Below the pieces are notes generated by a model that saw only the letters and a list, made by a program, of their open reading frames with translations, did no database searches and was not told where the DNA came from. Below, piece by piece: positions 1 to 8,980 of a stretch of DNA of 64,000 nt. The position numbers and the translations under genes were made by a program. Source of the stretch: an uncultured Pelagibacteraceae bacterium (lineage in GTDB: Bacteria; Pseudomonadota; Alphaproteobacteria; Pelagibacterales; Pelagibacteraceae); assembly GCA_902516395.1 (NCBI GenBank), contig CABXYN010000003.1, positions 13,355 to 77,354 of the forward strand, given 5' to 3'. Positions within the stretch are counted from its first letter, which is position 1. Every line of letters begins with the position of its first letter.

Positions 1-328
1 TAGCTCCAGTTACACCAGAACAATCAGCACCCATAATTGCTACTACACCGCCAGATATTAAACCTTCTGCAGCAGCTGTTGCAGCAGCTGAATCAACACA
101 AGTTGAATCTGCTCTTTCAACAGAAATTTTCTTTCCTCCAAGTAATGAACCTGAATCTGAAGCTTCTTTAAATGCAAGCTCTGCAGATGCAGCCATTGCT
201 GGAGTTAGGGATTCAATAGGACCTGTAAATCCTAAAATAATTCCCATTTTAATGCCATGTCCATCTGAATATGCTTTAGTTGCAAAGCAAGAAACAAATA
301 CAAACATCGCTAATACTAGTTTTTTCAT
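1..328 (-). CDS. Branched-chain amino acid-type ABC transporter substrate-binding protein (LivJ/LivK-like), 5' part; continues beyond the window start
   Basis: Hand translation from ATG at 328: MKKLVLAMFVFVSCFATKAYSDGHGIKMGIILGFTGPIESLTPAMAASAELAF...DSTCVDSAAATAAAEGLISGGVVAIMGADCSGVTGA. Signal peptide plus type-1 periplasmic binding protein N-terminus; GAGGGA SD upstream. Not in the ORF track. Confidence 0.85.
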   Translation of the reverse strand, partial: MKKLVLAMFVFVSCFATKAYSDGHGIKMGIILGFTGPIESLTPAMAASAELAFKEASDSGSLLGGKKISVERADSTCVDSAAATAAAEGLISGGVVAIMGADCSGVTGA

Positions 329-401
329 ATATTCCCTCTAATTGTTAACAATTTATATAAACAAAATTAAATCCTATTGATTTTAATTTTCAATGAGAAA
401 A

Positions 402-1259
402 TTATCTCATTTTTTGAGCAAAAAACACTGAAGTAATGACAATTATTCCTCCAATTACCGTTACTAGAGATGGAATCTCACCAAAAATAAAAAAAGTAAG
501 GATTAAACCAAATACAGGGAATAAAGCGTAGAATGGCAATACCATATCAAGAGGATAAAATTTATAAAGATAGAACATCATTAAATGTCCAAGCAAAGAA
601 ATAATTGCTCCAGCGTATAAAACTGTGAACCAACTTCCTAAACTTATATTTTTTATTGTTTGAAATGTATTTCCCTCAAATATTGCAGACAATATTATTA
701 AAATTATAAATCCAGTAAAGCTCATTATGGTATTAGTAAATTTAACATCTAATTCTTTTAAATATCTTGAAAATACTTGGGATAGTCCATAAAAAAAAGC
801 CATACCACAAATAAGAAGTGACCCTATTATTTCCTCGATTACTTTTGGGTCAAATGCAAGTATGACAATACCAAAAAAAGATATCATAATTAATATCCAT
901 TTCTTATAACTTATTTTTTCATTTAAAAATATTGAGCTTAATATAATCCCAAAGGGAATTGAAAGTTGAGCACCTATTGTAATTGGTGCAAGTATACTTG
1001 ATGCATTTATAGATAAATATAAAAACATATTCACTGCAACTCCAAAACATAGTGAAAACCCAATCAAAGGAATAATATATTTGTTATCTATACTTTGAAT
1101 TTTAAAAAATGGAATTAAACAAATAAAAACGATAGCCATTCTTAATGAACCAAAAAGAATTGGTGGAATAGTGTCGTTCAATCCAAGCTTACCAGTTGGA
1201 TATGCACTTCCTAATAAAAATACAACAAATAAAATAAGTAAAGTATGTTTTGTAGACAA
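402..1259 (-). CDS. DMT/EamA family transporter
   Basis: 285 aa, about 10 hydrophobic helices in two EamA repeats (LNEKIS..KW, FGEIPS); TTG start. Confidence 0.85.
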   Translation of the reverse strand: MSTKHTLLILFVVFLLGSAYPTGKLGLNDTIPPILFGSLRMAIVFICLIPFFKIQSIDNKYIIPLIGFSLCFGVAVNMFLYLSINASSILAPITIGAQLSIPFGIILSSIFLNEKISYKKWILIMISFFGIVILAFDPKVIEEIIGSLLICGMAFFYGLSQVFSRYLKELDVKFTNTIMSFTGFIILIILSAIFEGNTFQTIKNISLGSWFTVLYAGAIISLLGHLMMFYLYKFYPLDMVLPFYALFPVFGLILTFFIFGEIPSLVTVIGGIIVITSVFFAQKMR

Positions 1260-1262
1260 AAA

Positions 1263-2744
1263 TTATCTTATAGAGAAAGGATCTAAAGTTGGTTCATCAG
1301 ATGTGTAATACCAAGTTGTCTTAACTCTAGTATAATCCTTTATTGAGTCCATTCCCGCTTCCTTTCCATATCCACTATCTTTAATTCCACCAAAAGGTGC
1401 TGAAGGAGAAATCAATCGATAAGTATTTACAAACGTTATACCTGCTCTAATTGCATTAGAAACTCTTAGACCTCTAGAGAAGTCACTAGTATAAACTCCA
1501 GAAGATAATCCATATTGATTATCGTTCATTTTCTCTATTACCTCATTTTCTGTATCAAATTTCATAACTGATAAAACTGGTCCAAAAAGCTCATTTTCTG
1601 CGGTTGGAAGATTGTGATTATCACATTCAATTATTGTGGGAGGAAAGTAGTATCCCTCATTTGAAAATGGATGCCTTTCACCACCACATTTTATTTTTCC
1701 CCCCTGTTCAGTGGTTTTTTTTATGTTTTTTTCAATAATTTCTAACTGTTTATAATTACTCAAAGGTCCCATTTCTGTGTCTGGATCCATGGGAGCACCA
1801 ATTTTTATTTTTTCAGCTCTTTTTGTGAGTTTATCAAGGAACTCATCGTAAATTCCTTTTTGAAGATATAGCCTTGAACCAGCAATACAACTCTGTCCGC
1901 TAGCTCCAAATATTCCTGCAGTAATTCCATTAACAGCATTTTCTTGATGAGCATCATCAAATACTGCAACAGGACTTTTTCCTCCAAGTTCTAAGCTTAC
2001 TTCTGATAAATTTTCTGCAGAATTTCTAATAATATGTCTTGCAGTTTCGGGCCCTCCCGTAAAAGCAACTTTTTCAACTAAATTATGTGTAGTTAAAGCT
2101 TTTCCACACGGATCTCCAAAACCTGTAATAACATTTACTACTCCTTTAGGAATACCAGTTTCCTCTATCAATTTTGCAAATTCAAACATTACTGCTGGGG
2201 CAAGTTCAGAGGATTTAATAACCACAGTATTTCCCATTGCTAAAGCAGGTGCAAGTTTAGTTGCTGTTAAAAACATTTGAGAATTCCATGGAACAATCGC
2301 AGCAATAACACCAATAGGTATTCTTGAAGTTATAGCTTGAATATTTGGTTTATCTATTGGTAGAACTGTACCTTCGACCTTGTCTGCCATACCAGCATAA
2401 TAATCATAATACTCAGCAATATAATTTGCCTGTTTATTTGTTTCTCTATAAAGTTTTCCAGTATCTATAGTTTCAATTTTTCCAAGTAATTCTGCGTTAT
2501 CTCTAAGCTTATTTCCTATAGCTCTTAGAAACTTTGCTCTTTCACGAGGTAATATTTTAGGCCAATCTCCTTCAAAGGCTTTTTGAGCTGCTTGAACTGC
2601 TTTATCTACATCAGAAGCACTTGCCTCAGGAACAATAGCCCATGGTTTATTATCCTCTGGATTTAAAGTTTCAAAAGTTTTTTTAGTGTCGGAGTCAACC
2701 CATTCTCCTCCTATAAACATTTTGTATTTTTTCAATTCAGGCAT
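1263..2744 (-). CDS. Aldehyde dehydrogenase, TgnC-like (trigonelline/homarine ring-cleavage product dehydrogenase family)
   Basis: ALDH motifs PWN, FTGG, LELGGKSP, GQSCIAGSR, ELFGPV. AFTGGPETARHIIRNSAENL and C-terminal DPFxxR resemble Acinetobacter TgnC as recalled. Confidence 0.85.
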   Translation of the reverse strand: MPELKKYKMFIGGEWVDSDTKKTFETLNPEDNKPWAIVPEASASDVDKAVQAAQKAFEGDWPKILPRERAKFLRAIGNKLRDNAELLGKIETIDTGKLYRETNKQANYIAEYYDYYAGMADKVEGTVLPIDKPNIQAITSRIPIGVIAAIVPWNSQMFLTATKLAPALAMGNTVVIKSSELAPAVMFEFAKLIEETGIPKGVVNVITGFGDPCGKALTTHNLVEKVAFTGGPETARHIIRNSAENLSEVSLELGGKSPVAVFDDAHQENAVNGITAGIFGASGQSCIAGSRLYLQKGIYDEFLDKLTKRAEKIKIGAPMDPDTEMGPLSNYKQLEIIEKNIKKTTEQGGKIKCGGERHPFSNEGYYFPPTIIECDNHNLPTAENELFGPVLSVMKFDTENEVIEKMNDNQYGLSSGVYTSDFSRGLRVSNAIRAGITFVNTYRLISPSAPFGGIKDSGYGKEAGMDSIKDYTRVKTTWYYTSDEPTLDPFSIR

Positions 2745-3510
2745 TTTTTATATGATCTTTAATTGCTTTATTTACATCATAAGAGCATTCAATACTACAC
2801 AGATGTTTACCTACAGGTATTATTTTTGCTTCAGAATTTTTAATTTTTTTACTCAGATTATCGGTCATTTCTGGAGTTGAGCCGATATCACCTTCTCCAG
2901 TCATCACAAGTGTTTTAACATTAATATTTTCAAATTTTTCGTTATCTTTGTGATTTACAAACAATGAGTAAACTTTAATAAAGTTATCCATATTATTATT
3001 ATTAAGAATTGTGATGATTTTATCTGAAATTAGAGGATTTTTTTCAATAAAATCCTTATTAAACCATCTTTTGAGCGCGTCTTTTGTAAGTTTTTGATCT
3101 TTTTTTGTCTGCTCAAACCTTTCATTTACTATTTTTTGTTCATCATCAGATCTATTAAATATTGAGCACAACAATGTTAGGGATTTCAATCTATCACTAA
3201 ATTTCGTTCCAAAGTTTCTTGCAATCAATGAGCCTATTGAAAATCCAACAAGGTGAATTTTATCAAATTTTAATTCATCAATTAGATCAATAATTTGATC
3301 TGAAAAATCATCAAAACTTATTTTTTCTTTATTTAAAGGTGTTCTACCATGTCCAAGAATATCATAAATTAAAACTGTATTATCAAATTCATCAATTTGT
3401 GGATCCCAAATATTATGATCAAGACCCACACCATGAATAAATACTATTGGAATTCCTTCTTTTTGATTTAGTTTATAGAATGTACCTTTAGAGTCTGTTG
3501 CATTGATCAT
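2737..3510 (-). CDS. Alpha/beta hydrolase (TgnD/PcaD-like)
   Basis: HGVG oxyanion motif, GFSIG nucleophile elbow, GEGD acid, GKH His; lies between the DUF1185 and ALDH genes. Confidence 0.8.
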   Translation of the reverse strand: MINATDSKGTFYKLNQKEGIPIVFIHGVGLDHNIWDPQIDEFDNTVLIYDILGHGRTPLNKEKISFDDFSDQIIDLIDELKFDKIHLVGFSIGSLIARNFGTKFSDRLKSLTLLCSIFNRSDDEQKIVNERFEQTKKDQKLTKDALKRWFNKDFIEKNPLISDKIITILNNNNMDNFIKVYSLFVNHKDNEKFENINVKTLVMTGEGDIGSTPEMTDNLSKKIKNSEAKIIPVGKHLCSIECSYDVNKAIKDHIKNA

Positions 3511-3512
3511 TA

Positions 3513-4100
3513 TTATTTTGGTTCAATGCCCATCTCCTTCATATCTTGGTACCTATCACCTGTTCTTGCATGAGCTCTACCTGTCGAAGCGCCACCAATT
3601 GCAATAACAATTTCATCATCAAATGGAGCATCATGAATTGTAAACTCATGTGTAAGATAATATGGTCTTAAACCAGAGTCTGTTTTGTGCATCATTGGGA
3701 TAGATATTTTTGATCCAGCTGGACCTCTTGTATTCGTAAAACTCAAATAAGAAGTTCCTCCAACAGCATCTCTGAACTTATTACCAAATCTTAATGTATG
3801 AATAAATGCTGATGCATGTTCTATTTCTCCATTCAGTCCAACCACACCTGCTTTTCCATACGCTAATATTTTATCAGGAGAGCCTATTTCTTTTATAAGT
3901 TCAGGAACCAATAAATCTCCAAGTTTAGGAGCTAGATCTAAAATAATGGGTTTTAAGTCTTCCACAAAACCTTTTCCATCCCAAGGATTTTTAAAAACCG
4001 CAGCAACAGAAACCATCAAAACAGGTTCTTTAGCTTCTTTTCCACCTTCAATAAAAGTCTTATCTACAAATTTAGTGAACTTACGTAATTCTAATTTCAT
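3513..4100 (-). CDS. Amino acid synthesis family protein (DUF1185, TgnF-like)
   Basis: NPW.G.GFVEDL, YGKAGVVGLNGEIEHASAFIHTLRFGN..RDAVGG, DAP..DEIVIA and C-terminal GDRYQD motifs. Confidence 0.8.
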   Translation of the reverse strand: MKLELRKFTKFVDKTFIEGGKEAKEPVLMVSVAAVFKNPWDGKGFVEDLKPIILDLAPKLGDLLVPELIKEIGSPDKILAYGKAGVVGLNGEIEHASAFIHTLRFGNKFRDAVGGTSYLSFTNTRGPAGSKISIPMMHKTDSGLRPYYLTHEFTIHDAPFDDEIVIAIGGASTGRAHARTGDRYQDMKEMGIEPK

Positions 4101-5797
4101 TTTCTTATTCTATGTGTAAAGCTATCTCTCCTAAAACTGTATAACGCTTTTGGATCTACATCAACATCTATAACAACTGGTTTATTTACTTTTAATGCAC
4201 TTTTTACTGCCTCATTAACTTCTGATAATTTTTTAACTTTAATTCCTTTAGCGCCATATAGTTTAGCAACTTCATCAAAAGGAGGACTTTGAATATCAGC
4301 TCCTAAATATCTTTCACCATAGAAATCTTTTTGATAAGCTTTTTCTGCTCCCCAACTCTTATTATTCATTACAATTGTAATTGTGTTAATGCCATGCTCT
4401 ACAGCAGTACTTAATTCAGAAATAGTCATTCCAAATCCGCCATCACCCATCAAACTAACGACTGTTTTATTAGGTTTTGCAACCTTTATTCCCAAACCAC
4501 ATGCAAATGAGAAGCCTACTAAACCAAAATCAAGAGGTGTGAAAAGGGCAGGAGGATTGTAATATTCTAAAGCATCTGTTGCTTGAAGACAAAGTGTTCC
4601 AGCATCAAGTGTTATTGCAGTATTTTTAGGTAGTACTTTTCTTAATTCTCTGAATAGGCCATTCGGTTGGATTGGAAAATTTTTTGACTTTATATTATCT
4701 CTATCTTTAAGAAATTTTGATCTCTCTAATAAAAAGCTATTTGTCCATTCTTCGTAATTTAAAATTTTCTTTTGTTTTCTTAACTCAGCTAAAATTTGAT
4801 CTGTCACAAGAGCAGCATCGCCATGAATACCTACATTAACTGGAAAATATCTTCCTATCATTGTTTTTTCTAACTCGATTTGTACGATTTTAGCTTTTTT
4901 ATTTATATTGTCATACGAATAGAAAGTGGAATTGAAACCAAGTCTTGTACCAATTGCAATAATTAGCTCTGCTTCTTTGACTAATCTTGATGCAACAATA
5001 TTTCCCCTAGGTCCCATTTGTCCAGCATTTAACTTATGACTGAAGGGAATTGCATCTCCATGTCCTGCCGCAGTTACAATTGGAATATTTAAAAATTCAG
5101 CAAGCTTTGTTACAGACTTAAATTTTGAATTATATTTTATTCCTCCTCCAGCAACAATTACTGTTTTTTTTGAGTTGAGAATAAGTTTTATAGTTCTATC
5201 AATTGAATTCTTTTTACTTTTTAAGTCACTTTCAGCTTTATAAGATTTTTTATTTTCATTAATCTTAAATTTTGAAGTATCAGAAAGAACATTTCTTGGA
5301 AGGTTTATACAAACTGGTCCTCTGCGTGGTGACATTGCAAGATTAAAAGCATCTCTAAAGGCCGTTGGTATATGACTTGCCTTTTTTACTGTCCATGTTT
5401 TTTTTGTTATAGGATCAAAAAGTGATTGTTGATCAAGTCCTTGAAAGGCATCCTCCATCTTATCTTTAGTAGAATATAAACCTGCAATAGATACTACAGG
5501 AGAAAATGCTGCTTTTGCTTGCGCTATGCCCGTAACGAGATTAGTTGCTCCAGGACCGTTTTGACCGGCAATTATTACACCTGGTTGATTAGAAGCTCTT
5601 GCATACCCATCCGCCATATGCGTTCCAGTTCTTTCGTCTCTTACACCTATAAATTTAATTTTTTTTTCATGATATAACGCATCAAACATTTCCATGGTTG
5701 CTGAACCAATTAGACCAAAGACGTGTTTAACTTTTTCTTTTTTTAATGATTTCACTGCCGCTTGACCACCGGTCAAGGTATTCTTGGTCTTAATCAC
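4097..5797 (-). CDS. Thiamine pyrophosphate-dependent enzyme, sulfoacetaldehyde acetyltransferase (Xsc)-like
   Basis: TPP motif GDGGF...NN. FGLIGSA, QNGPG and WGAEK motifs match the Xsc subfamily rather than AHAS. Confidence 0.7.
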   Translation of the reverse strand: MIKTKNTLTGGQAAVKSLKKEKVKHVFGLIGSATMEMFDALYHEKKIKFIGVRDERTGTHMADGYARASNQPGVIIAGQNGPGATNLVTGIAQAKAAFSPVVSIAGLYSTKDKMEDAFQGLDQQSLFDPITKKTWTVKKASHIPTAFRDAFNLAMSPRRGPVCINLPRNVLSDTSKFKINENKKSYKAESDLKSKKNSIDRTIKLILNSKKTVIVAGGGIKYNSKFKSVTKLAEFLNIPIVTAAGHGDAIPFSHKLNAGQMGPRGNIVASRLVKEAELIIAIGTRLGFNSTFYSYDNINKKAKIVQIELEKTMIGRYFPVNVGIHGDAALVTDQILAELRKQKKILNYEEWTNSFLLERSKFLKDRDNIKSKNFPIQPNGLFRELRKVLPKNTAITLDAGTLCLQATDALEYYNPPALFTPLDFGLVGFSFACGLGIKVAKPNKTVVSLMGDGGFGMTISELSTAVEHGINTITIVMNNKSWGAEKAYQKDFYGERYLGADIQSPPFDEVAKLYGAKGIKVKKLSEVNEAVKSALKVNKPVVIDVDVDPKALYSFRRDSFTHRIRK

Positions 5798-6963
5798 GAT
5801 ACTTTTTTAACTTCAGTATCTAGATCATCTTTAAAGTTAGGCATTACTTTTTCAGTGAATAGTTTAATACTTTTCATACAATCTTCATGTTTCACGCCTG
5901 GAAAGTTAGACCAAACTTGAAGATTTTGAAGATTAAGCTCTGATTGAAGTTCTTTAATTTTATCTGTTACATATTCAGGAGTACCAAACAACATATTTCG
6001 CTTATGTAAAAACTCGTAATTAAGAAGATCTAATTTACCCTTTGTTTCTGGAAGCTCTTCACCAGGATCCATATGATTACCAAGACCTCTCCAATGACAA
6101 ACCCATTTCATATAATTTACCATATGTTGCCCAGCTTTCTCTTTGGCCTCTTCCATAGTATCAGCGACAAACATATCTCTAACGAGAGTAACGCCTTCAC
6201 CTAAAGGAACATTTTTTTTAGTAACTTCAGATCTTTTATTTTTGTATGCTTCAAATCTTATTTTCAATGCTTTGACTGTAGGTATCCACATAATTACATT
6301 TATATTATTTTCTGCAGCCCACTCTATAGATCTTATACCATCAACAACTTGATGTATTGGAGGGTGTGGATTTTGATAAGGCTTTGGAAGAACACTAATT
6401 TTTTTCATAGTACTATCTTCCATATTCATAAAATCTTCACTTGGTGGGCTCATGTCATGCTGCCAAACATAATTTGGTGATGGGTAAGTATAAAATTCTC
6501 CATTATGATTAAAAAATTTCTCTGACCATGCTTTTTTCAAAATTTCCAATGTTTCAGCAAATAATCTAAAATTTTTTGCTTGATCTTTTAGATCTGCTTC
6601 TTTGTTTAAATTAATTGCTTCTCTTCCATAAACACCTCTTGCAACACCAACTTCTACTCTTCCTTTTGAAAGTTGATCAAGTGTAGCAATATCTTCTGCT
6701 AATCTTATAGGGTTATGAAAAGTTATTACATTTGCTGCTTGTCCTATTCTTATGTTTTTTGTTCTTGCTGCAGCATCCGCTCCTAGCATTAATGGATTAG
6801 TACACGACTCCATTCCCTCATGGTTAAAATGATGTTCGGTAAACCAAATTGAATTCCAATTGTTTTGATCACAATATTCTGTGATCTCTTTAGTTTCATC
6901 TAATAATTTGTGATATGGTTTATGTGTCCAATTTGTAGTATTACAAAAATAACCAAACTTCAT
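5794..6963 (-). CDS. Luciferase-like (LLM) flavin-dependent monooxygenase
   Basis: WFTEHHF, NPIRLAEDIATLDQLSKGRVEVGVARG, P.P.Q.PHPP, GTPEYV; AAGGAGG SD upstream. Confidence 0.9.
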   Translation of the reverse strand: MKFGYFCNTTNWTHKPYHKLLDETKEITEYCDQNNWNSIWFTEHHFNHEGMESCTNPLMLGADAAARTKNIRIGQAANVITFHNPIRLAEDIATLDQLSKGRVEVGVARGVYGREAINLNKEADLKDQAKNFRLFAETLEILKKAWSEKFFNHNGEFYTYPSPNYVWQHDMSPPSEDFMNMEDSTMKKISVLPKPYQNPHPPIHQVVDGIRSIEWAAENNINVIMWIPTVKALKIRFEAYKNKRSEVTKKNVPLGEGVTLVRDMFVADTMEEAKEKAGQHMVNYMKWVCHWRGLGNHMDPGEELPETKGKLDLLNYEFLHKRNMLFGTPEYVTDKIKELQSELNLQNLQVWSNFPGVKHEDCMKSIKLFTEKVMPNFKDDLDTEVKKVS

Positions 6964-7064
6964 TAAAGCCTCCTTTAAAAATTAATTTAAAGACGACCGA
7001 TCCCACTTTCGTATATGAAATTACGACGAGTTATGTATCGCTTTATGTAGTAATATTATTATTC
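6964..7064 (-). ncRNA. Candidate cis-regulatory structured RNA (possible riboswitch) in the 5' leader of the LLM operon
   Basis: 6991-7050 is 40% GC with 6 CpG in a very AT-rich genome. It has an imperfect hairpin (CGAU..UCGUA-loop-UACGA..AUCG, 6998-7040) and a CUUUAAA/UUUAAAG stem overlapping the SD. I recognise no known family. Confidence 0.4.
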
Positions 7065-8033
7065 TTACCTTTGATATTCAATGAATTTTTTAAGGGATTT
7101 ATTAAGAAATTTATCATACCTGAGACCGCTATTAGTTAGTTTTTTCTTATTTAAAAATGAAAGATTCATTTTAAAGTCATATGAGGGTTCAAAAAAGAAA
7201 GGAACCGAAAGCCTTTTTTGCTTGTTCCATAATACCCTATGATTAGTTGCTTTAAATCTTCCCTTACTTAAATATTCAAGCGCTCTTCCAGTATTTACAA
7301 CTAAAGCATTTTTATTAAAGGGAACATCATGCCATTTTTTTGTTTTACGGTTTTGTACTTGTAAACCACCCTTTTTGTTTTGGTAAAGTACTGTGAAAAT
7401 ACCACTATCTACATGTGTTTCACACCCAAGAGCAACTCCATCTTGCTTAGAAATTTCAACAGGCTTTGATTGATTAGGGTAATAATTAAAACGTAATGTG
7501 CTTAGAGTTTTTAATCTTGAAAATGCTTTTTTTGATATATCAGTATCCTTATTATAGATTTTAATAATACTTTTAAAAAGAATTTCACTTAAGTTAAATA
7601 TATCATCATAATAATCAGATAATTTAGAAATATTATTTGTAGTAAATGAATGCTTAATATTTAAATATTCTATGTACTGATTTTTTATTCTTTTTGAATA
7701 TTTCTTAGTTACTTTTAAATCCCCTAAGTCTAATCCCTCTTTACCGTTTACGTCATTAGGAAAGTAACCTCTATAAACATTTTTATTTTTCTTATTCCAT
7801 TTTTTTGGAGCTAATTTAAGTTTATTTTTTTTATTTAGTTTGAAAAAATTTTCCCCAACCTCACAAATTTTACTTATATTTTTTAATTTTATACCATGAC
7901 CTGTTATTTGAAAAAAACCAACATCTAAACAAGCTTTCTCAAGTTCTTTTACTGTTTTAAAAGCAGGTCTTGTATTAAAATTTTTTCCAAGAAGAGAAGA
8001 AATATTTATTGTTGGAATATATTTTTTTATCAT
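7065..8033 (-). CDS. 2OG-Fe(II) oxygenase, isopenicillin N synthase/DIOX family
   Basis: GFFQITGHGI, LRFNYYP, HVD...H(RV) facial triad, GGLQV, RLS 2OG-binding motif. Confidence 0.9.
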   Translation of the reverse strand: MIKKYIPTINISSLLGKNFNTRPAFKTVKELEKACLDVGFFQITGHGIKLKNISKICEVGENFFKLNKKNKLKLAPKKWNKKNKNVYRGYFPNDVNGKEGLDLGDLKVTKKYSKRIKNQYIEYLNIKHSFTTNNISKLSDYYDDIFNLSEILFKSIIKIYNKDTDISKKAFSRLKTLSTLRFNYYPNQSKPVEISKQDGVALGCETHVDSGIFTVLYQNKKGGLQVQNRKTKKWHDVPFNKNALVVNTGRALEYLSKGRFKATNHRVLWNKQKRLSVPFFFEPSYDFKMNLSFLNKKKLTNSGLRYDKFLNKSLKKFIEYQR

Positions 8034-8977
8034 CTATTAGGTATATCTGATGCAATCATTTGGCCACGAACTTTTTCTCTAAAATAAATATATACACCAG
8101 CACCAATAATTATTGCGGCTCCAAAAAAAGTTCTAGGTACTGGTATAGTTTCAAATAATATGTAACCAGCTATCATTGCAAAAACTATGTATGAATATTC
8201 AAATAAAGAGACAACGGACGGAGAAGCTATACTATATGCAGTGAACACACAAAAAAATGAAATTGATGCAACAATTCCCATTACAAAAACGTAAGGCCAC
8301 GAAACGGCTGGATTTACAAACCATTCTCTAAAAATAAACTGCATTGTAGGATCAGAAAAATTATTAAACTTTCCATCACCACTTATTAAAAATATTATAA
8401 CACTCGCAATTACTGCAAAAATATAAAGTAAAGTTAACTGAGTATAAATATTATCTTTTTCTGATGTATATTTTGTAATTGTCATAGAGCATGCATAGCA
8501 AAGTGAGCATGCAACTGGCGCTAATTTAAAAAAATTAAAGTCTTCTAAAGTTGGATTTAATACGACTAAAACACCTATAAAACCAACCGTTATTGCACTC
8601 CATCTTCTAATACCAATTTGTTCTTTTAAAAATACTTTAGCAAATATTGACATGAAAAAAGGACATGAAAAGAATAATGCGCTGACCATAGCTAAAGACA
8701 TAAACGTTAGTGAAATATAAAAGAAACTAAAACCAAAGAAAAAACAAATTACTCTTAATAATGTTAATAAAGGATAATGTGTTTTTAATGTAAATTTTTT
8801 CTTTGTTATTAAGAATATAGATATAAGCACTGTCGCTTGAACAATAGTTCTACCAAGATATAATTCAAACAAAGCAATTTCTTCAAATATATATTTTATA
8901 AGCGAGTCTTGTATTGAAAAAAAAGCCATCCCTATCATAATAAATAGGATACCTTTAGTATTATTATTTGCTTCCAT
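8030..8977 (-). CDS. DMT/EamA family transporter
   Basis: LKEQIGIRRWSAITVGFIGVLVVLNP signature; about 10 TM segments. Confidence 0.88.
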   Translation of the reverse strand: MEANNNTKGILFIMIGMAFFSIQDSLIKYIFEEIALFELYLGRTIVQATVLISIFLITKKKFTLKTHYPLLTLLRVICFFFGFSFFYISLTFMSLAMVSALFFSCPFFMSIFAKVFLKEQIGIRRWSAITVGFIGVLVVLNPTLEDFNFFKLAPVACSLCYACSMTITKYTSEKDNIYTQLTLLYIFAVIASVIIFLISGDGKFNNFSDPTMQFIFREWFVNPAVSWPYVFVMGIVASISFFCVFTAYSIASPSVVSLFEYSYIVFAMIAGYILFETIPVPRTFFGAAIIIGAGVYIYFREKVRGQMIASDIPNR

Positions 8978-8980
8978 ATG

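Noticed and set aside
5794-6963. Bioluminescence (luxA) or beta-lactam synthesis/resistance (IPNS-like 7065, beta-lactamase-like 31614)
   Set aside because: There is no luxB/CDE or ACV synthetase, and the serine hydrolase has no signal peptide. These are broad superfamily resemblances only.
6964-7064. Assignment of the leader to SAM-II/SAM-V, glycine, TPP, FMN, guanidine or fluoride riboswitch classes
   Set aside because: The consensus elements I know for those classes are not visible, so it is kept only as an unclassified candidate.
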